Below are positions 13,240-26,514 of a DNA stretch of 64,000 nt, in pieces. Under the pieces are notes generated by a model. The model was not told the DNA's origin, did not search any database, and worked only from the letters and a program-made list of their open reading frames with translations. The stretch comes from the human T2T-CHM13v2.0 reference genome, Homo sapiens, in NCBI RefSeq assembly GCF_009914755.1, contig NC_060940.1. One strand, written 5' to 3'. Each line of letters opens with the position of its first letter. Within the stretch, counting starts at the first letter, position 1. A program made the position numbers and the translations under genes.

Positions 13240-14944
13240 TGACTTAAACTTCAAAAGAATCAGCCTGGCTGATGTGCTGGGTTGAATCCCAGAGGTTCCT
13301 TTCTCCAACCCTGTTCGAGACCCTCAGGAACCTCACAAACTTGACCTCTCACCTTCAGGCATGAGCCAGAAAGTGGCCCCAGTTGGACACAAAGAGGAAA
13401 CAATGGATGAAGAGAGGGCCCCATGGCCTCCATGAGCACCCACATGACAGTGAGCCAGTACTATTCAAACTACACACAATGCCCACATGACATAAGCCAG
13501 GATCATTCACACTGCATATGAGGTCCATGTGACATCATTTTGGATGCTCCTTTTAAAACAAAGGACTTTGTTCTCTTGCCAGTGTCTTCATCCTCAGACA
13601 GGAAGAAGCACTTTGATCTGTGGATGACACTCCCCAAGGCCTTCAGCAGGGTGACTTCTGTCGGGAGGAGGAAAGTCTCTGCTCTCTGAGCCTGCTCCTC
13701 TGGCACCATAGACAATAAGCCTTTGACCAGCAGGATCCAAGGAACTGGACCTTGCCACGGGCAGCCAGCAGATGCTCCAGTGAAGGACAGGCTCAGGGTG
13801 GGTGGGGGAGGAGAGCCAGGGCAAGCCCCCACCTGCCCGCACTTGGGAATCTGCAACAAGCCAGGCCAGGAAGCATCCCATACTTCCTCTGCATCTGTCA
13901 ACAGCACATTGGGCTGACCCTGAGCCACTCAAAGACAAATGCACCGTGAGCTTGGACCAGTGAGATCATCATGTTTTGGGATGAGGCTATCACACAGCAG
14001 AAGCCCCTTAATCAAACAAATACTCTGGTAAAATGGACAGAGCTAAATTTGAAACCATGGATCAAAGGTAAACAGATCAACAGACAAGCAGGGTCGGGAT
14101 TCAGTTTGCACAAACAGAGAGTCAGAACAGTCAAAGCTGAAGGTGCCCCACAAGCTGGCTGGAAGACCCACACTGTTAAAGAGAGAGGGACCTGGGGCCC
14201 TGCTGCCCCATGAGTGAGTCGTGATGGTGTCCAAAGAACCCAACCACGTGAGCCTCCCAGGAACCTGTCACCACCTGCCACCGCTAGGAACTCTTCCTCC
14301 ACCAAATGCTTCCCTGATGGCCCACAGGTGTCCCCTGGGCATCCACAAGTGAGGCCAGTGTGGCTGGGAGTTGCCACTGCTCACAGGAGGCCATGCTTTG
14401 GGGAACAGAGACCCCCGGGGTCCTGCAGGGAGGTAGGAAAGGACTCCTCCCTGTCACATCATAACCTGTGAGATACACAGAGCTGCAAGGCTGGGCTCCA
14501 ACTGGGCCGTGGTTTTTCTGTGAAGTCACTTGTTCTGTGCTAGCCCACGGACCTCCTTGACCTCCAGCACTGAGAGGCGCTCTTGTGACAGCCCCACCTG
14601 ACCTCAGAAGAGCCAGAGCCCAGCATCCGCAGTGACAGAGACCCCAGTGCTGAAGGGTCTCCTTCAGGTCCCCCTCCAAGGGCAGCTGTGGCCCTGAGAC
14701 TGGACCGACACCCTCAGCCATGGCCACATACTGTGAGCTCAGGGGAAATCCCTCAATGCACCAGAGCCATGGTGGCCCCAGCTGCTGGGCAGCTCTGTGC
14801 TGGAACATCCAATCTCATCATGATCATGACCACTCATCAGCCCAGGTCCCTGCGGAAGCGGGTGGCACAGGCAAGCCGGGGGAGATGAGGAAAGGGGTTG
14901 CAATCAGGCCCGCAGCCCATATCTGGCTGCCATCCATTTCTGTA

Positions 14945-15035
14945 GAGCCTAGGAGCTAAGATGAGCTTTATTTGTTTAAAGTTGTAAAAAATAAAACCAA
15001 AAGTAAATACATGGGAATGTATATATGTGGCTCAC
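14945..15035 (+). mobile_element. MER58B-like hAT fragment
   Basis: gagctaagatgagctttatttgtttaaagttgtaaaaa...atatgtggctcaca. Confidence 0.45.
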
Positions 15036-16889
15036 ATTTGGGGACCCCAGAAAAGGGTATAATAAATAGCTGGGAGGGGGAAGTTACTGCGGTTGCTGGA
15101 ACTCAGGAGGTGGCAGCAGTGGGAGGGGACCGGCCAGGATGAGCTGCAGCCTGGGATGGGCACCCAGCCAGATCACGGGACCCCTCTCCTGTGTGGGGAG
15201 CTGGGGGGGTCACACCCTGACTTTGCTCCCCACTCTTCCATGTCACGCCAGGGGGCCCCACTAGCCAACCCACCCAGAAGTGGGGGTCAGGATCTCAGGA
15301 CAGAGAGCAAGTGGGGGTAAAGTGGGGCCCTCTGCAGAGTGGGGCGCCAAGCCTGATTTTAGTTAGGAGGAACAGGAGCCTCAGAGGTGAGTAGACCTGC
15401 CCAAGACTACCCAGCTCCTGCGTGCCTGCACAGAGACAAGGACTCAGCTCTGTTCTCCCCTACCTCAAGCCCACAGGTCCACCCAGGCTTGGCCGAGGCC
15501 CTAGCAAGCCTTGGAGCTGGCTCTGCCACTCACCCTAGAGACCCTCCAGCCCACACCCCAGCTCAGATTCCGCACTCACTGAGCAACCTTCTGAGTAGAA
15601 TTCCAGCTCACACAGAGCTTTCCCACAGGGAGGAATGTGCTGGCCAAGCTGACGAACATCCAGCCTACTGGACACTTGGGGGCTCACTATAAAGGAGTAA
15701 TTTGACCCGGAAAGGGACTGCACTGACCAGCTGACACTGACATCTGCCCCCACTGCTGCTCCTTCCTCGCTGCACTCAAGCACACTGGCATTTGGGTTTG
15801 CATCTGTCTCTCGTGAATTAGGTTACTGTGAGTCAGTCCTCCAGAGCCTGAGCACTTCTAGGGCACAGACCAGATCACATTTCTGGGCCTACAAGGCCAG
15901 GAGTGAGGTGCTGGGCTGGGCTGCAGGAACCTCAGCCAAGCCCTGCTTCCCTGGGGCCCAACTGGGCCTAGCTGGTCTCTGCTGGGGAGCCCTCAGTCAA
16001 ATCTCTGTCAAACCACAACAGTGACAAGTTTACAACACTCAACCAGAAACCTCTGCAGGGCTGAGACCCAAGTTTGCATCCACTGCTGCATGGGGCTCAC
16101 ACACCAGAAAATCAGCTGTGTTACAGAAAGCACCAGCATCTCCACTTCCCAATGCCAAAGAAAGGGAACCCTGTGTTTAAAAATTAGGAACAAAAAGAAC
16201 TGGGCCATCATCAATGGATGCTGCTACAAGTCTTTTGTACACACGGTCCAAAGGCAGAAATGAGTTGCCTCCGCTCTTGTATGTCTGCAGGATGTCTGGG
16301 CCTCAGGCTGGAAGCAGCCCCTCGCACGTGGCAGGCACACACCAGAGCCCACCGCACTGTGACCACGAGGTCTGAAGAGCCCCTGTGGGCACAGCGGTGG
16401 GCTGCGGGCTCGGGGGCCTCACAGGCTGGCTGTGTCCTGGTACCAACTCATGCTTTGAGCCTCACATCCTCTTCTCTAAAACAGGTAAAGCAGGGTGGCC
16501 GGAAGGCTTAAATGAAACAATGTTTGAAAACCACTGAGGTGGGTGGCTCCTGATTTCCCATGAGGACAGGCAAGGGTGGTAACCAGTACCAGGAAGAGGA
16601 ACAGCCACCTTTCAAGATGAAACCTCGGAAAGTCATCGTTGATGAACAAGAAAGAATTAGATTGCTGGTGGCTGGGGGCTGGGACCTTTCATCAAGGTGC
16701 TTCAAGTTGCATCCCTTTTCTCCTAGTGAGCCTTGGGTGGGCTGGAAGGGGCTGGAGACTGACACTGTACAGACCTACAAATGGGCACCAGGAGACCACA
16801 GTGGGCAGACTTGGTGCTGCTGAAGGGAAAGCTGGCCCACCACCTCTAGGGTGCGTTCTGGGGTGTTCCAAGCTGGGCCGGCAGTGACT

Positions 16890-17324
16890 TTGGTGGGCCA
16901 CACTGAATCACAAGTCCCCCAGCATTCAGAGCCTAGGTCGCCCCCTCCCACACTGACTCTGGGCTTGGCCCTGTGATTTGCTCTGGCTGATGGAGCATTG
17001 GCCAATGTGATGTAAGCAAAGGCTTCCTGAGCTTGCAAATTGGGTGTGGCCTCTTGGAACCCAGCAGCCATGATGTGAGGAAGCACAAGTGCTCCTGCTA
17101 GAGTGAGGCCCCCAGAAGGGGCGCTGGGGATTGACACGGGAGGGAGGAGCCGGGTGGCACATCAAGGAGCTCCCAGCTGAATGCAGCCAGCAAATGGCCC
17201 TGGAGACACAGGGTGAGCTGAGCCACCCCGCCAGCCCAGAAAATCACAGAAATACAAAATCACTATTACTCAAAGCCACTAAATGTGGGGATTGTTTGTC
17301 AGGAAGCAATAGGCAACTGAAACA
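16890..17324 (+). mobile_element. MLT1 (F/G/H-like) MaLR LTR
   Basis: ctgggcttggccctgtgatttgctctggc...aagccactaaatgtggggattgtttg...gcaataggcaactgaaaca. Confidence 0.8.
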
Positions 17325-17864
17325 CATTCCCAGCATCGCCTGTAACAGCCCATGATTTAGCCTCTGCAGCTCACTCTATTTGCACCAACATTATGACAAC
17401 CTGTTGCAGATGCCAACAGCCTCCTTCTGATCTAATTCCTTTGGAAAGGAATGCCGGAAGCCAGGATATCCTATACTGTAGCCACCTTCTGGACAGGCAA
17501 GCATGAAAAACCAACCCCATCATTCATCACTGTTTGTGCCAGTTTAAGTTCAGTGGCCCCTGTTGTCACTTCTTGTTTTCTGTGCCCTCCATCATCGGGT
17601 GCAGATCTGTGGCTGAGCTGCTCAGCCTGCAAGCTGTGATGTCACGACCTGGTAGGTCTGTGGTGGCCAGCCCAAAGTCAACAACCCACACAAGTGGCCC
17701 TTTGACCTGCAGAGCTGTGGAAGCCACTCCCTGGTGGCATTCATCTATTTAAAGATGCCAGCATCGTGATCCTGTTTTCTGGGACCCTTTTCTGCTGACA
17801 AGGCTCGCACTGGGGGCCAGCATCATTTAGGGGATGGAGCAGACCCTGGTTAGGTCTATAGCCA

Positions 17865-17899
17865 GGGAATAGTCCCCCGGTAAAGGGGGGATGACTGTA
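17865..17899 (+). mobile_element. Terminal fragment of MER44/Tigger7-like element
   Basis: ggaatagtcccccggtaaaggggggatgactg+ta resembles the MER44 end ggaacgtatcccccgcggataaggggggactactg. Confidence 0.4.
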
Positions 17900-17978
17900 A
17901 TTCCTTGGGTGTCTGGTATATACCAGGAACTGTGTTGGGACATTTACAGGCAGAATGGTACTTTTTAAAAAAGTCCCA

Positions 17979-18300
17979 GGCCGGGCGCGGTGGCTCACAC
18001 CTGTAATCCCAGCACTTTGGGAGGCTGAGGTGGGTGGATCACAAGGTCAGGAGGTCGAGACCATCCTGGCTAACCTGGTGAAACCCCATCTCTGCTAAAA
18101 ATACAAAAAAATTAGCCAGGCATGGTGGCAGGCACCTGTGGTCCCAGCTACTCAGGAGGCTGAGGCAGGAGAATGGCGTGAACCCAGGATGCAGAGCTTG
18201 CAGTGAGCCGAGATCGCACCACTACACTCCAGCCTGGGCGACAGAGCGAGACTCCGTCTAAAAAATAATAATAAAATAAAATAAAATAAAATAAAATAAA
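17979..18300 (+). mobile_element. AluY with (TAAAA)n tail
   Basis: ccatcctggctaac, gaatggcgtgaacc, gagcttgcag; flanked by gtccca repeats. Confidence 0.95.
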
Positions 18301-18319
18301 CTGTCCCACCCAAAGGGGA

Positions 18320-18605
18320 TCTTTGAGGCAGTGAACCTATCTTGGCAGTGTAAGGGTGGATACAGGACACCGTGCATCTGACAAAGCCCCTAGAACCACA
18401 CCACAGAGAGTGAACCTGGTGTAAACTGTGGGTCTCAGTAACAACATGTCAATATCATTTCATCCCTTGTCACAAATGTACATCACTCATGCAGGATGTT
18501 AAAAACAGTGGAGCCTAGGAGGGGAGATGGAGGGAATGAGAAATCTGTGCTATCTGCACAATTCTCTGTAAACCTAGAACTGCTCTGTAAAATAAAACCT
18601 ATTAT
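18320..18605 (+). mobile_element. L1MC-type 3' end
   Basis: cacagagagtgaacctggtgtaaactgtggg...ttctctgtaaacctagaactgctctgtaaaataaa. Confidence 0.8.
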
Positions 18606-18774
18606 TTTTTAAAGTTACAGGAAAAGAAAAAGAGAAAGAGGGAAAGAGAGAATGAGAGAAAGAGTTTGAGCCACCTTTCTCCTCTTGGGATAGCCGGGCA
18701 GCAGGCAGGCTCAACTTATCTGACTCTGGGATGCCAGAACAGGAAACAGGAGGAATTCTAGAATCAGGAGGAAG

Positions 18775-18920
18775 TCTAGAATCACAGTGGAACGTGCCTG
18801 GCTCTGTCACTCACTGGATGCCCTTGAACAAGGTGCATAGCATCCGCAGGCTCCGGATCCATCACCTATAAAATGAGGATAATAACAGGACCTTGGGGAC
18901 AAAGGTGGTGAGGGTGGTGA
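18775..18920 (+). mobile_element. MIR fragment
   Basis: cctggctctgtcactcactgg...cacctataaaatgaggataataacagg. Confidence 0.6.
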
Positions 18921-19275
18921 GGGAAGGATTTGTACCTCCCCTCCCTAAGTCCTGGTAATGTTTGCCTAGAAATGAATGAACAGAGCAAGTAGAATGTGGT
19001 CATGCTTTTGGCATTTAACACATTGGAAGATAGTGGCTCTGAGCACAGGTGAAGTAAGAAATTCCCTAACATCTCTGCTCTGTGCCCCCATGAGCTGGCA
19101 ATCAGAAGTGTGTGTCTCCCACCTAGGGCTGCTGAGCAAGTAACAGGGACAATGTGCATCCCGGGGTGTGACATAGGGTGGCACACAGCCCACACAGTCA
19201 AAGACCAGGAGCTGCTGGGGAGAGGTAAAGGAAGGGCCTCTACCAGCCCTCAGTGAAGCCGAGATGTGTCTAGAT

Positions 19276-21119
19276 CAGGGCTTGGCACCATCAAACTTTA
19301 CATTTTTCCTGTCTTATGGTCGTGCGATGACATCTATTTTGGATGTGATTTGCACATCCGCATGTGTGAACGCACCAGAGCACCTTGTCGGCAACATGTT
19401 GGTGTGTGTTACTCGTCACTGGGTTACCCTCTTTAGGAAGAGTCTGAACTCATGGTTCCAGTGCAGGAATTCCTCGCAGGTGTTTGTCATTATAGATACG
19501 TTTCTCAGCATTCCTCACACCCCCCAAATCAAAAACAGTTGAAAAATCAAGAAAATGAGAAAATATGTCCTAATTCTCCTGCAAGAAGTAAGCTTAACAG
19601 TCAACATACAGACGTTACAAGTTTGAAGGAACCCAACAAAGTCCTCAAAAGTGACCCCAGGAAATGCTGGCCCTCGGAGACGATGGTGCAGGTCCACATC
19701 TCTGGGAACCGGGTGGAGTGTGGAGGAGGGAGGGGACCATCAAGTCAGTGCCTCCAACCTGCTGATCTCACTGCAGTTGTCATGTTGGAACCGTGAGGTC
19801 AGGGTCTGCCACGAATACAGAGTGATTCTTGCAAATAAAATTAATATGAATACCTTTATACCCATAGAATACTCTATACAAATCCTATGAGAGGTGTTCC
19901 AAGAAATAACAAGTTACGGAATCAAAGTAAGTCCTTAAATTGGCCATTTCAATACATGATTCGGTGTGGGGCTGTCAACACTTCCAGAAGATCTGAATGT
20001 GGCATGCTTTTGGAGTAGAAATAGGCACTCCAGGGCACATAGAACTTTATAAAGATCTAAGAAGAAATGCAAACCGAAGAAGGAATGAATATTACTATAG
20101 AATCCACCAAGCAAAATCAGAGACTGATCTTCAATCGCAGTTAGTAAAACCCAATTTCAGTGGCAAACCATCCAAAGAGCCAGGAGACAAAATATTGTCT
20201 TCTGTTAACTGTTAAGAAGGAAACCGTTAAAAAAGAAATAAGCTGGAAACCATCATTCTCAGCAAACTATCACAAGGACAGAAAACCACACACCGCATGT
20301 TCTCACTCATAGGTGGGAACTGAACAATGAGATCACTTGGACACAGGGTGGGGAACATCACACACCAGGGCCTGTCGTGGGGTTGGGAGGCTGAGGGAGG
20401 GATAGCATTAGGAGAAATACCTAATGTAAATGACTAGTTAATGGGTGTAGCAAACCAACACGGCACACGTATACCTATGTAACAAACCTGCACGTTGTGC
20501 ACATGTACCCTAGAACTTAAAGTATAATAAAAAAAAAAAAGAAAGAAACGTAGATGAGGCAACAGGTACCTAACGCACAGTCGCAGACGCTTTGGGATGC
20601 ACGCTCAGCAATCCAAACAACGTTAACAGCAAAATAAACGTTTCTACGTCCAGATTAATGTTATGAAGCAAAGATCAAGACCTTCAGACAGGCCTAAAAC
20701 ATTAGTACACTGTTTTCTAAAATTTCACCGTAAGATTGGTAACTACACTAAATATCTGTGGTACTTCAATTTTTTAATGATTTTTGAGGTTTATTTTGTT
20801 ATTGTGTCTTTCTTTTAATATTTTCTGTTATCACATGTCTGAATAAGGGACAGATTAATGTGAAATGCTACCAAATGACATAATATTGTCAAAAGATAAT
20901 GATATAAAACATTAAGCCAAGTATTTATCATTATGTCTTTTTTTAATATAAAACACGCTGGGACTTTTGATTTAATTGTATCACAGAAAAATGATTTCCC
21001 GTTTACTATTAGGATCTCTCATTCTTATTTAAATCACATGAAGTGTTTTGGAAGATGTAAAATAACTTATGATTTCACGAATTACTGTGATTTCCCAGGA
21101 ATATTGTCCCCAAACCCTA
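19276..21119 (+). mobile_element. Candidate ancient hAT-type DNA transposon remnant (family unresolved)
   Basis: Putative TIRs CAGGGCTTGG and TAGGGTTTGG (reverse complement of end); left flank GTCTAGAT; AT-rich interior with weak transposase-like peptides; no matching right TSD. Confidence 0.4.
20240..20540 (+). mobile_element. Primate L1PA (PA4-6-like) 3' end, 5'-truncated
   Basis: aagctggaaaccatcattctcagcaaact...gttgtgcacatgtaccctagaacttaaagtataataaaaa; aaagaaa on both flanks. Confidence 0.95.
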
Positions 21120-21419
21120 AAGACGAGTATCGGTTGGGAATTCAGGACTGCCAGCCTCAATTGAGTAGCAGGAGCCAATAGGGGTCCGTGAATGAGACAG
21201 GATGAGAGCACGGAGCAAGAGGGCTGGAGACAGCTTGGAGGAGACACATGCTGGAGACCGCAGCCACGGCCAGCAGACAAGGCCTTGGGTTAGCATGGGT
21301 GAGCGGGATTGAAAAGAACCAAGACAGGGCAGACATTTGGGCTCGGAAGATCCACGTTATTCCTCAACCCTGCCCTCGACTGCAAGTTCACAGACACAAT
21401 GATGCAATTATGGGCAGCC

Positions 21420-21830
21420 AGAGGGCGAGCCCACACGCTGCCCTCCAGCTGCTGAGGCAGGGACCCGTCTGGCTGGACCCCACGGAACACGCAGGTGGCC
21501 TCCGCTCCTCCAGACAGACAGGGGCACTCCCCCCGCTGCTGCCCCACACACGCAGGCTGCGGCGGGCCGGGTGGGAAGTGGGTGGGCTGGCTCTCTGCAC
21601 CTCTGTCCAATTTGGCCCGGGTCGGGCGGCAGCCTCCCAAGCCGCGTCTGCAGAGGCCTCAGCAGGCTGGAAGTGCGGCCCTGCATAAACACGCACTGTT
21701 TTTCTTTGAGGCTTAGGCGCGCTTATCCCTGTCATAAATTGTCACCTACTTACACTGAGGGGTCGCAGGCCTCGTTTCCAGGGAGGTCTCCGGCCCTCCC
21801 AGCTCAGGGCAGCCAGGGCTCCTCGTTAGC
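21420..21830. promoter_or_regulatory. CpG/GC-rich patch, possible regulatory element
   Basis: Locally dense CpG and GC-box-like GGCGG sequences; GTCATAAA at 21731. Confidence 0.3.
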
Positions 21831-21907
21831 TCTTGGGGAACGAAAGAGTGACTCTCACATGGGATCCACAGAAAACGTGAGGTCCTGGCCAGCTGGCTCC
21901 ATGGGAT

Positions 21908-22858
21908 CACTCACTCATTCATTCACTCTCACTCATTCATTTCCTCACTCACTCACTCATTCACTCACTCCCTCACCCACTCACTCCCTCACCCACTCAT
22001 TCGCTTTCATTCATTCCTTCGCGCAGTCATTCACTCGCTTACTCATTCCCTCACTCACTCATTCCCTCATTCATTCCCTCATTCACTCACTCATTCATTC
22101 CCTCATTCACTCACTCATTTCCTCATTTGCTCATTCACTGATTCTCTCACTCACTCATTTACTCACTCTCATTCACTTATTCTTTCCCTCACTCATCTCT
22201 TTCATTCATTCCCTCATTCACTCACTCATTCATTCCCTCATTCACTCACTCATTTCCTCATTTGCTCATTCACTGATTCACTCGCTCACTCATTTACTCA
22301 CTCTCATTCACTTATTCTTTCTCTCACTCATTCACTCTTTCATTCATTCCCTCATTCACTCCCTCATTCGCTCACTTTCTCATTCACTCATTCATTCCCT
22401 CACTCACTCACTCATTCCCTCACCCACTCATTCCCTCACCCACTCACTCATTCACTCCCTCACTCACTCACCCACCCAGTCATTCACTCACTCATTCCCT
22501 CACTCACCCACTCATTCATTCCCTCACTCACCCACTCATTCATTCCCTCACTCACTCATTCACTAATTTACTCACCCCTTCAGTCACTCACCCCCATTCA
22601 TTCACTCTTTCACTAATTCCCTCACTCATTTCTTATTCACTCATTCACTCACTCACTGACTCATTCATTCACTCACTCTTTCACTCACTTACTCTTTCAT
22701 ATACTCTTTCACTCACTCACTGAGTCACTAATTCCCTCACTCCTTTACTCATTCACTCACTCCTTCACCCATTTATTCAGTCGCTCACTCATTCACTCAC
22801 TCCTTCACTAATTCACTCACTCCTTCACTCAGTCATTCACTCATTTACTCACTCATTC
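21908..22858. repeat. (CATT/CACT/CCCT)n degenerate tetranucleotide array with internal 135-bp duplication
   Basis: cctcatttgctcattcactgatt at 22121 and 22256. Confidence 0.95.
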
Positions 22859-22925
22859 AGCAAACACAAAGGACTTCCTGTGTGTCAGGGCTAGTGCTGA
22901 AAGTTTTGGGTGTGCAAGGAACACA
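22850..22925 (-). mobile_element. L2 3' terminus abutting the CATT array
   Basis: cattcagcaaacacaaaggacttcctgtgtgtcagggctagtgctg resembles cattcaacaaatatttattgagcacctactatgtgccaggcactgtgct. Confidence 0.6.
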
Positions 22926-22959
22926 GAGGGGCAGGTAGATGCTGAAAAATGCAGTCCTC

Positions 22960-23145
22960 TCCTAGAGACACACACTGAAATATTTACAGATACAATGATA
23001 GAGTGCTTAGGACCAGCTTCGACATTAAGCAAGAGAGGGGGAAGTGGCTGGGAATGTGTGAGGGGCAGAACTGGCCATGGCAGAGGGGTGGGAACACAAT
23101 CTTCATTATCCCGTTCTGTTGACCTTTGAGAAATTTCATTTGAAA
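22960..23145 (+). mobile_element. L1ME-type 3' fragment
   Basis: tagagacacacactgaaatatttacagatacaatgata. Confidence 0.6.
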
Positions 23146-23189
23146 CTATGGTACCACCTAACAGCAACAATAGGGCCATACAATGATGA

Positions 23190-23410
23190 GTGAAGGGCCT
23201 GTGTTCTCACTGCCTGCCTCAAAGCCCAGCTCTGCCATTTACTAAGGGATCTGACCCCAGGCAACTGTCAACCTCTCTGTACCTCAGTCTCCTCATCTGT
23301 GAGATGGGGACAATAGCACCTGTCCCAGAGACAGAGCTGTGGGAATTAAATGAGTTCTTCTCTGTGAAACAGTGAGTGCTCAGGACAGACAGCACTTGTT
23401 GACTCTCCCT
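23190..23410 (+). mobile_element. MIR
   Basis: cccagctctgccatttacta...ctctctgtacctcagtctcctcatctgtgagatgggg. Confidence 0.85.
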
Positions 23411-23424
23411 ATTGCTGCAATTCT

Positions 23425-23545
23425 GTTTATTTCCTAGATGATGACGCTGAGGGTCAGAGTGGTAGAGAGACTGACTCAGGGCCACACGGCTAAGGAAATT
23501 GCAGAACCAGAATTGGAATTCCATGCAGGCGGCTCCAAAGTGTGC
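23425..23545 (-). mobile_element. MIR fragment
   Basis: agatgatgacgctgagggtcagag...gactcagggccacacggcta. Confidence 0.6.
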
Positions 23546-23934
23546 TCCAGCGTAGGATTGGGCAGGGACAACGCAGCAGGATCAGAACTCTGGCCTGTTT
23601 GGATGAGCATAGGGGTGGCAGGAGTGTCTCAGCCAGGCCCCACCAGGTGCAAAGGCCTCTTTCCTGAGGCATACTGACGCCTTTTCCTCCACATGATGGT
23701 TGCCTAAGGAGGACCCAGCACACAGCCCAGACTCCATAGGCCCTCAGCAGTGTGGGGGGCATGGTTTGGGTAGCCTCAGGCCTAAGGTCAGGGCTGAATG
23801 TCAGTGGCAGGCCTCCAGGAACTGGTTTTGTCACCTTCACTCTGCTTCACCATCCAACCACAACACACAGGTGAGTTCCTATTGTTCCTTAGGGTCCTCA
23901 CATGGACAGCACCTCCTCCAGGGAACTCTCCCCA

Positions 23935-24852
<918 letters not shown>

Positions 24853-25673
24853 AGAGACAGACTGAAGTTCAGGACAATTCAAAGTCCTGGAAAGTCAATT
24901 ATTCCATTCCTGACATTATTATATAAATGGTGAGGCTGGCGATAGGAGGGAAGGTGGTGGAGGCAGCTGCGCTGGCCAGGAACGCAGGGTGCGGCTCAAA
25001 ACCTTCATGGTTTAGAGTAACAGGAAGCCTGAGCACCACCATAAATCAGGATTTTCTGACTGGGTTTCTTGTACCGAGCAGAACTCAGTGTATTGAATAT
25101 CCCAAGCATGTGTGGGGCTCTCGCCTGCCCAACTGCCAGTCCCTGCCAGTGGGGAGGCTTCTAATTTGATGCTGGCCTCAAACTGAAAATCGCTCAATGA
25201 AAAAATTAGGTTTCAACATTTTAACAAAAGTCAAGCTGGAACCGACGTTAAACATGAGCCGGAGGATTTCGGTAACTGCAAGGAAAACACAGACGGACAA
25301 GTTTCTTGCATGGCTGGGGCAATTGAAGGGATATTTCCTCTTCTGGGGCCAACAGTGGAGCTCAGAATTGCAGCTGCAAGTGACGAGTGTCTGCCCGGCT
25401 CATGCCAGCATGTGAACCCGAGGCATTGCCCACCCCCATCCCTTTGTCACGGGCACATCCAGTTTCTCCTCTGCCAGATTCCGTGGATCCAGAGGTGATG
25501 GCACACAGAGGCTGGACCCCAATGTTTCTGGATTCTGCTCACCTAGAAGAAGACATGTGTGGCTAATGCAAACCCCCCAGAGCTTATTTCCCAAAGCTCT
25601 AGGCATACAAAGCTGGAATGGGCTTTGGAGAGGGTTCTGCCTTTGCCTGTGAGCGAGACTTTTCATCAGCCTT

Positions 25674-25735
25674 TTAGGTGATGCAAAAGTCATTGCGGTT
25701 TTTGCCATTAACTGCAGTGGCTTGTACCAACCTAA
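25674..25735. mobile_element. MADE1 (Hsmar1-derived MITE), internally deleted
   Basis: ttaggtgatgcaaaagtcattgcggtttttgccatta...ttgtaccaacctaa+ta. Confidence 0.85.
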
Positions 25736-26139
25736 TAAGAAGCTGTGAGTCACCAGCCTGACCTCAGGGATGCCCAGGAAACAGGAAATAATCCCACACA
25801 CAAATGCTCCTGACGGAGAGAGTAAGAAATCTACTCTATCAAGCACAACGCCCTCTCCTGCTTCTCATGTGTAAAGGTTCCTGATCTTTCTGAGCTGCTA
25901 TTTTCTCATTTGTGTGCACGGGTACCCAGATCACCCATCCGGTGGGCTCTGCCTTTGTAAAACCTAGGCTACCTCATCTGCTGTGAGAATTCAGCTGGCT
26001 TCTGCACCCTGGCCCTTCTGCCTGGAGCTCTCCTCCCAGCCTCCTCTCCTGGGCCAGTGCCGCCATCCTGAGTCTCACCTTGAACCTGAATCTCTTGGGG
26101 CTGCCTTGCCTAACTCCCAGACTGAGATAAAGCCCTCAT

Positions 26140-26365
26140 TATACCCTCACCTCCCTTCCTCTGCCAGAGACCGAACGCTCCCTGGATTATTTATAGATGG
26201 GCCCACCTGAACAATCCAAGGTAATCTCCTGTGTCAGCTCTTTCACTCAATCATATCTTGCGAAGTCTTTTTTTTTTTTTTTTTTTTTGCCATGTAAGGT
26301 AACACATTCAGGTACCAGGGGTTAGGATATGGACTGTTTGGGGGACTGTTATTCTGTCTACCCCA
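26140..26365 (-). mobile_element. MLT1 (D-like) LTR fragment
   Basis: gggcccacctgaacaatccaaggtaatctcc...gccatgtaaggtaacacattcaggtaccaggggttaggatatggac. Confidence 0.8.
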
Positions 26366-26514
26366 GGCGAGAAATCAACTGTCACATCTTCATACAAAAC
26401 AAACACAATTTATGTGGGCGCCGTAGAACTGACAGCTTGGTGGGAGAGAAAGATAATAAAACAATTGAATGGATAACTCTTGGAGGTGGCTAACCTTTCT
26501 ATCTCAATAATGAC

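Noticed and set aside
17913-17926. 14-bp perfect palindrome ctggtatataccag
   Set aside because: About the frequency expected by chance in 64 kb; no supporting context
21120-21127. Expected right-hand TSD for the candidate hAT element
   Set aside because: aagacgag does not match the left flank gtctagat, so it is not used as support
21571-22566. Longest ORF (331 aa, H/S/L/I/T-rich)
   Set aside because: Mostly a translation of the G-poor CATT/CACT array, which rarely produces stop codons; no protein-like content
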